DNA of 41,520 nucleotides from Deltaproteobacteria bacterium (GTDB taxonomy: Bacteria > Desulfobacterota > Desulfobacteria > Desulfobacterales > B30-G6): assembly GCA_019313725.1 (NCBI GenBank), contig JAFDAT010000001.1, positions 1-41,520 of the forward strand, written 5' to 3'. The notes below the pieces were generated by a model. That model searched no databases. It was not told where the DNA came from and saw only the letters and a program-made list of their open reading frames with translations. Position numbers and translations under genes: made by a program. This document shows positions 36,161-41,520 of this stretch, piece by piece. Position 1 is the stretch's first letter, and every line of letters starts with the position of its first letter.

Positions 36161-37597
36161 ATGGATATCCAGCTGCCCGAAATAAATTTCAAGCCCCGGC
36201 TGAATGTAATTAATGCGGAACAGATCAAACAGATCCATACAGCAAGCCTGGAGGTCCTCGAACGGATCGGCGTTAAGATGACGCATCCACGGGCTGTGGA
36301 ACTGTTGGAGAGTGCCGGTGCCAATGTGGATGGAGACAGGGTCCGTATTCCTTCATGGATGGTTGAAGATGCCATCCGCAAGGCCCCTTCCCGGGTGGTG
36401 CTGGGAAAACGGAATGGTGAGCGGTCGGTGTTTATAGAGGCGGGTAAAACCTGGTTTGGGCCCAGCCTGGATTGTATTGACTATCTGGACCCGATGACCG
36501 ATGAACGCAAACGCTTTACCAGCGAACACTGCCGGGTCAGCGCGACCATCGCCGATGCCATGCCCAACTTCGACTGGTCCATGATCATCGGCATGGCCGA
36601 CGATCAACCGCCTGACATCGCCGATCGGGTGATTGTTCGTCAGGCCCTGACCTACTGCGAAAAACCGCTGGTTTTTTGCTGCAAAGATACCAATAGCGAG
36701 CGTGATATCTACGAAATGGCTCTGTTGATCTGCGGCGGCAAGGAGAACTTTGAAAAGGCACCGACCATCGTCCAGTACTCCGAACCGATTTCACCTCTGG
36801 AATATTATGACCCGGCCGTGGACAAGATGCTCTTTTCGGTCGAACATGGTATTCCCCTGATAAATTTTCCCGCGCCCCAGGCCTGTGGCTCGGCTCCGGC
36901 AACGCTTGCCGGAACCATCGTGCAGGGCAGTGCGGAATCTTTAAGCGGACTGGTACTGGCTCAGGCTGCCCGGCCGGGTGCTGCTTTTATCTACGGGGCC
37001 TTCACCACCATAATGGACATGAAAACATCCGTTTTTTCATACGGGGCGTCTGAAATGAGTCTGATGGTCGCTGCCATGGCCCAGATGGCGGAACATTACA
37101 ATCTGCCTTTTTTCGGCACCGGCGGTTGTACGGATGCCAAATTCTGTGACCCTCAGGCCGCCGTCGAAGCGACCTTTCAATGTTTTAGCTCCGCCGCCGT
37201 TGGAACCGGTCTGATACATGACTGCAGCAGCTGGATGGATCACGGCTCTTTAGTGTCGCCGGCCTTCATGGTGCTGGTCAACGAAATTTTGCACAACGTA
37301 AAACAATATATGAACGGTATACCGGTTAGCGCAGAGACACTGGCTATAGATGTCATCGAGCGTGTCGGGCCGGGTGGACACTATCTGCAGGATGAGCATA
37401 CCTTGGCGAATTTTAACAAGGTGCGTTATTCCGAGCTGTTTGAACGCACGATCCGCCAGGAATGGGAAGCCGACGGTTCCAAAAGCTTTGAAGACCGGCT
37501 GCGGCAAATGACGGTAAAGGCCATGGCTCACGAACCGGCGGCCTTGCCGGATGATATCGTTAAAGAAATTGATACGATGCAGCAGCACTGGAAATAA
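36161..37597 (+). CDS. Non-pyrrolysine MttB-superfamily methyltransferase, close paralogue of 33385-34821
   Basis: Same motifs (FGPSLDCIDYLDP, KPLVFCCKDTNS, HDCSSW.DHGS, QQHWK end); Cys at the Pyl-equivalent site; GGAGG RBS. Confidence 0.9.
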   Translation: MDIQLPEINFKPRLNVINAEQIKQIHTASLEVLERIGVKMTHPRAVELLESAGANVDGDRVRIPSWMVEDAIRKAPSRVVLGKRNGERSVFIEAGKTWFGPSLDCIDYLDPMTDERKRFTSEHCRVSATIADAMPNFDWSMIIGMADDQPPDIADRVIVRQALTYCEKPLVFCCKDTNSERDIYEMALLICGGKENFEKAPTIVQYSEPISPLEYYDPAVDKMLFSVEHGIPLINFPAPQACGSAPATLAGTIVQGSAESLSGLVLAQAARPGAAFIYGAFTTIMDMKTSVFSYGASEMSLMVAAMAQMAEHYNLPFFGTGGCTDAKFCDPQAAVEATFQCFSSAAVGTGLIHDCSSWMDHGSLVSPAFMVLVNEILHNVKQYMNGIPVSAETLAIDVIERVGPGGHYLQDEHTLANFNKVRYSELFERTIRQEWEADGSKSFEDRLRQMTVKAMAHEPAALPDDIVKEIDTMQQHWK

Positions 37598-37677
37598 ATT
37601 CACTTACAGTGAATTTATGCAATGCGACTTCGTCGCTAAAAGCCTACTATCTGCATGGCTGCAGCTAGTAGGTTTTA
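37594..37677 (+). terminator. Tandem hairpins after the last mttB gene, probable terminator
   Basis: ATAAATTCAC/GTGAATTTAT, and TAAAAGCCTACTA...TAGTAGGTTTTA. Confidence 0.55.
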
Positions 37678-37710
37678 ATATTTTCAAATGCCAAAAGGCC
37701 AATATAAATT

Positions 37711-37797
37711 GACAATCCATGGGTGTAAGATTTTCTTGACCTTACAGCCACAAATCATGGTATCTGCAATTTTGTAAGACTGGTGAGCGTCTCCATG
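37711..37797 (+). mobile_element. 87-bp repeat, copy 1; putative insertion-sequence end (remnant)
   Basis: 86 of 87 bases identical to 41434-41520; no intact transposase follows. Confidence 0.6.
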
Positions 37798-38030
37798 TAT
37801 CAGTACTTTTGCTATACCCGCCAGGATATAATTATGTCCCTCATAGATTTTGAGCATTTCTCGGTTCCAAAGGCATATTTTTACTTAGTTCGACCCCGAC
37901 TTGAGTATTAACAAGAATCGATTTAATACATATGTTAGGCGCAATAGCTTTGCTAAATTTTGTCTATGACGGTTTTCTTGCCATCCATGGCACGAAAAAG
38001 CTTTGAATAGTCAGAATGTAGGAGGATCTT

Positions 38031-38569
38031 ATGACAGATAAAAACCCCAAAAAACAGCTTCCCGGAATATTACGTTTCTTAATTAAGCTTTTTCAAATCA
38101 TCCTTTATATACCGATTCAAATAATCTTCATTCCTTTTGCTATTATTGGACTAATAGATGCAATTTACAAGGAAATGAGAAAAAGCAAGAAACTTGGTGT
38201 CTCCTTCTCGGCAATTAAAGCGCTTTAATATAGGTGGATGATGCATTAGCATTCATGTTAGGTGAAATTTCAAAAACAGCTAAAAGATATATGAGGATAA
38301 TAGAAAAAATGGGAGAGCCTTCGACATTTGGAATAGATATGTCAAATGATCCTAAAGCAGCAATTTCAAAAACAGCTAAAAGATATATGAGGATAATAGA
38401 AAAAATGGGAGAGCCTTCGACATTTGGAATAGATATGTCAAATGATCCTAAAGCAGCAGTTGAATTATTTTTTAAAGGATGTGGATTAAAAATAACAAAA
38501 TATACTCAATTCGGTGAAAAACTAGATATCGAACCATTTTACTGTATTGTTGAGGCTGAAAAACTGTAA
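38031..38569 (+). pseudogene. Decayed gene: N-terminal fragment with a hydrophobic segment, a stop, then a C-terminal fragment with an internal 32-aa duplication
   Basis: AGGAGG RBS at the start; TAA at 38226-38228 followed by plausible coding sequence (YRWMMH); perfect 96-bp tandem duplication. Confidence 0.55.
38266..38457. repeat. Perfect 96-bp tandem duplication
   Basis: 38266-38361 equals 38362-38457 (ISKTAKRYMRIIEKMGEPSTFGIDMSNDPKAA twice). Confidence 0.95.
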
Positions 38570-38685
38570 GTTCTATGTTCCGACCTTTGAAGACTCCTAC
38601 AAATCGGTAGATATCAGGGTTATGGAAGCCCCAGTTGAATTAATAGCATTCAATATACTTGATGCCCTAATTTTGAAGGAAAATA

Positions 38686-40080
38686 TTGATGGATGTATCT
38701 GCAAAACAACTTGTTAGTTTATTTAAAAAAGCAATAAACTTTCCACAACCAAACACACTAGACGGAAGTGTGGAAAGCATAAGAAATTACTATAAAATGA
38801 TTCAGCAATTTGCCACTATGGTTGATATATATCAGGACCTGATACCAGAAAAATATGATGATTTATCTATTTTGGAACTTGCAGACTTTATTTTAGAATT
38901 GAAGCTTGAAGATTTTCAAAAGATAGCGAATAACCTACCATTCTTACTGAGTGGGATTATTTTGCAAGATAAGACAACATCCTATCCAGAAGCAGATGTT
39001 GACCCTTCATGGGGGCCTACTATAGCTATGCTTTCTAAATATCTCCCAGATAAAATAGACCTGACCGACAGCAGTCAGGATAATCTATTTTTTCAAGCAG
39101 CCACTTACTTATTGGACAAATACTCAGAGACTTCTGCTCTTCAAAATCTTGACAGATGGATAACTTCCAGTCCAGAGAAGTATAAAAATGCAATTCTTCT
39201 GGTTTCAAAGCAGGCTCTTTCAAAAATGTACGTGAAGCAAACAGATTATCCTCTCCATGTATCACTGGTACTTGCCATGTATAATGAACACAATCGTATT
39301 CGTCCAAAAAGCAATGATAACCCCAATGGTGAAGATTTTGTTCGACGCAAAATGAAACAAATGGAGTGGCTATTGAAAGATTCACCTCTTAATTTCAACA
39401 TGATTCTTGTTGATGATGGCTGTCCAAAACAGAGTGGAGAAAAAGCACAGGAAATTATTGAAAAAGAAGGGTACAAAAATGTTAAAGTACTTTATCTTGA
39501 CGATGGTATCAAAAGACAGTCAGAAGTTATTAAAGGATTAAAATCCACAAGCGGCAGTCGAAAAGGAGGATCTATTCAATATGGTATGTGGCAAGCATTG
39601 GAAAATTATTCAGAAAGTGATAAGCCGCATATAGTTGTCTTTACTGATGCTGATATGGCAGCACCTGTTAATGAAATCGGACTTTTATTAGGAAAACAAG
39701 ACGATAAAACCATGCTCACTATTGCGTCACGTTATGACGAGGGGAGTATTTATCGTGGCCCATCGGGGAAGAACGGGGAAGTTCAAGGGTTGACTGAGTT
39801 CCATCGTCGAATGATCGGTCTGCGGGGGTTTGTGTTTTCAAGGCTGTTTCCGCAAACAGGGAAAATCACAGATACTCAATGTGGTCTCAAGGCTTTTAAT
39901 GCAAAACTTTTAAGACAAATACTTTTGAAAACAAAAGTAAGGACATTCTCGTTTGATATCGAATTGCTGGTGCTTGCAGCATCTACGGATACAGCCATAG
40001 CTATTGCTCCAATTTATTGGCATGACAGCTTTGCTGAATCTAGTTTTTGGGGAAGTGCGGCTGAGAAAACAAAATTATGA
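38686..40080 (+). CDS. Family 2 glycosyltransferase-like protein with a ~185-aa uncharacterised N-terminal domain
   Basis: VSLVLAMYNE, ILVDDG, RKGGSI, FTDAD, IASR, DTQCGLKAF and FSFDIELL (Dol-P-Glc/Dol-P-Man synthase-like motifs). Confidence 0.8.
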   Translation: MMDVSAKQLVSLFKKAINFPQPNTLDGSVESIRNYYKMIQQFATMVDIYQDLIPEKYDDLSILELADFILELKLEDFQKIANNLPFLLSGIILQDKTTSYPEADVDPSWGPTIAMLSKYLPDKIDLTDSSQDNLFFQAATYLLDKYSETSALQNLDRWITSSPEKYKNAILLVSKQALSKMYVKQTDYPLHVSLVLAMYNEHNRIRPKSNDNPNGEDFVRRKMKQMEWLLKDSPLNFNMILVDDGCPKQSGEKAQEIIEKEGYKNVKVLYLDDGIKRQSEVIKGLKSTSGSRKGGSIQYGMWQALENYSESDKPHIVVFTDADMAAPVNEIGLLLGKQDDKTMLTIASRYDEGSIYRGPSGKNGEVQGLTEFHRRMIGLRGFVFSRLFPQTGKITDTQCGLKAFNAKLLRQILLKTKVRTFSFDIELLVLAASTDTAIAIAPIYWHDSFAESSFWGSAAEKTKL

Positions 40081-40499
40081 TAGTTAATAGTTTCCCCTGC
40101 TGTATTCTTCCAACAATCGGCACTGTTGATACCTAATAAGCGTTCTATCCATAGTCCCGCCAAACAAAAGGCTGAAAGCTTTGTCAAAGCCACTGCAATG
40201 CCTCGAATAAGCTACCGCGTAAGCGGTTTCGTACATCTGGCATATATCTCAGTCTTTTTGAGGCGTTAGAAACCTGATATACCTCCTACAAAACGGTAGA
40301 TATCTGCCCTCTGAAAAACTACCGGTGTGCGATTATTATCACCACCGACCATATCTTGCATTAATAGAGACTTCCGTGGTACCGTGGGGACGTCCAAATG
40401 GTATCGACAATATTATCTGTATTTCCAGTTGGTAAGATACTCTCAATATATCTCATTTTTTGTGAAATGAGATAATACATGTTAAGGATTTATTTGACT

Positions 40500-41147
40500 A
40501 TGCAAATTAATAGATACTGGCAAAAAAGATTGTCAAATTGCAAAATTTCTTTGGAGAAGAACAATTTTGATGCCTATATAGCGGAAACCCCGTCTGATGC
40601 AAAAACAATCGTAGTAGATAAAATTCTACCCCTAATCGATATAAAAAGTGTATCATGGGGAGATTCTTTGACCCTCTATTCTACAGAAATACTGGAATAC
40701 TTTAGAAGCAAATCTGGGATAAAATTAATTGAAACCTTTGCTGAAAATATTTCCCGTGAAAAAAGAATGGAGCGTCGAAGAAAGGCGATTCTTACTGATC
40801 TGTTTTTTACAGGTACGAATGCAGTCGTAGACTCTGGTATGTTAGTGAATTTAGACATGATAGGAAACCGTGTTGGCGGAATTACTTTCGGTCCTAAATA
40901 TGTTGTCATAATGGTTGGTCGCAATAAGATCGTCCAAAATCTTGATGAGGCAATGAAACGGATAAAAAATATCGCTGCCCCCCAAAATGCACTTCGGCAC
41001 TCAATAAAAACACCATGCGTAAAGACTTCTTATTGCATGGACTGTAAAAGCCCTGATAGGATCTGTAATATATGGACAATTCACGAAAAATCTTATCCCA
41101 AGGGCAGAATAAAAGTTATATTAATTAACCAAGATCTTGGATTATAG
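40500..41147 (+). CDS. LUD-domain (lactate utilisation LutB/LutC-like) protein
   Basis: DLFFTGTNAV, LVNLDMIGNRV, GPKYV, GRNKIV and PCVKTSYCMDCKSPDRICN; start could be 40479. Confidence 0.85.
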   Translation: MQINRYWQKRLSNCKISLEKNNFDAYIAETPSDAKTIVVDKILPLIDIKSVSWGDSLTLYSTEILEYFRSKSGIKLIETFAENISREKRMERRRKAILTDLFFTGTNAVVDSGMLVNLDMIGNRVGGITFGPKYVVIMVGRNKIVQNLDEAMKRIKNIAAPQNALRHSIKTPCVKTSYCMDCKSPDRICNIWTIHEKSYPKGRIKVILINQDLGL

Positions 41148-41235
41148 AAAACGCAGATGACTATGATTATGTAGATGTCAGGTACCTGAAAAACTTACGA
41201 TGCTCGATTATATCACATTTTTCTTAAAAGATAAA

Positions 41236-41451
41236 ATGATGAAAATTTGGATCGTAATTTTTCTGTCGATCAGTTTCGCTATTACCGTTAATGCTTTTGC
41301 AGAAGAAAAGGAAGAGTTGTGGGACATTGGTGCAGGGCTGCGGTTTAATTACCTTCGCCTTACCGGTGGTATTTCAGGCTATGATGCTGAAACCGGCAAT
41401 AGATTCGATATAGATTACAGCGCAATAGGAATGGACAATCCATGGGTGTAA
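41236..41451 (+). pseudogene. N-terminus of a secreted/outer-membrane protein truncated by the 87-bp element
   Basis: Signal peptide MMKIWIVIFLSISFAITVNAFA; beta-strand-like WDIGAGLRFNYLRLTG; the last codons and stop come from the repeat. Confidence 0.6.
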
Positions 41452-41520
41452 GATTTTCTTGACCTTACAGCCACAAATCATGGTATCAGCAATTTTGTAA
41501 GACTGGTGAGCGTCTCCATG
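41434..41520 (+). mobile_element. 87-bp repeat, copy 2, running off the window end; putative IS end
   Basis: Matches 37711-37797; interrupts a reading frame. Confidence 0.6.

Noticed and set aside
37925..37945. Integron attC core (GTTAGGC) before the AT-rich genes
   Set aside because: No matching inverse core or hairpin found and no integrase in the window.

Overview
Bacterial genomic window, probably from an anaerobic Desulfobacterota (Desulfobacterales-like) organism; this is inferred from gene content and repeat style. It has five blocks. (1) 1-10.05 kb: histidine utilisation genes (hutC, long-form hutU, hutH) with two perfect HutC-type operator palindromes, followed by a polyferredoxin/molybdopterin oxidoreductase and an ASKHA-type corrinoid reductive activator. 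(2) 10.1-11.2 kb: flavodoxin plus a rubrerythrin interrupted by an in-frame TAA, behind a sigma54-like promoter. (3) 11.4-22.2 kb: a large polyphosphate cluster (metallophosphoesterase, ppk2, ABM, CBS; convergent ppk1-CHAD-ParA-small Cys protein-SixA-Lys-rich pentapeptide-repeat protein-USP-Na/Pi cotransporter). (4) 25.2-37.6 kb: an apparent methylamine/betaine demethylation operon with an MmgE/PrpD enzyme, an MttB with an in-frame TAG at the canonical pyrrolysine position (495 aa on read-through), a LIV-type ABC transporter, two non-pyrrolysine MttB paralogues and an enolase-superfamily enzyme with an atypical active site. (5) 37.7-41.5 kb: AT-rich accessory DNA with a decayed gene, a GT2 protein, a LUD-domain protein and two copies of an 87-bp putative IS end. 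Several single-base lesions (one premature TAA, two apparent gene fusions) mean that sequence error or gene decay must be kept in mind. No rRNA, tRNA (including tRNA-Pyl) or CRISPR array was recognised.
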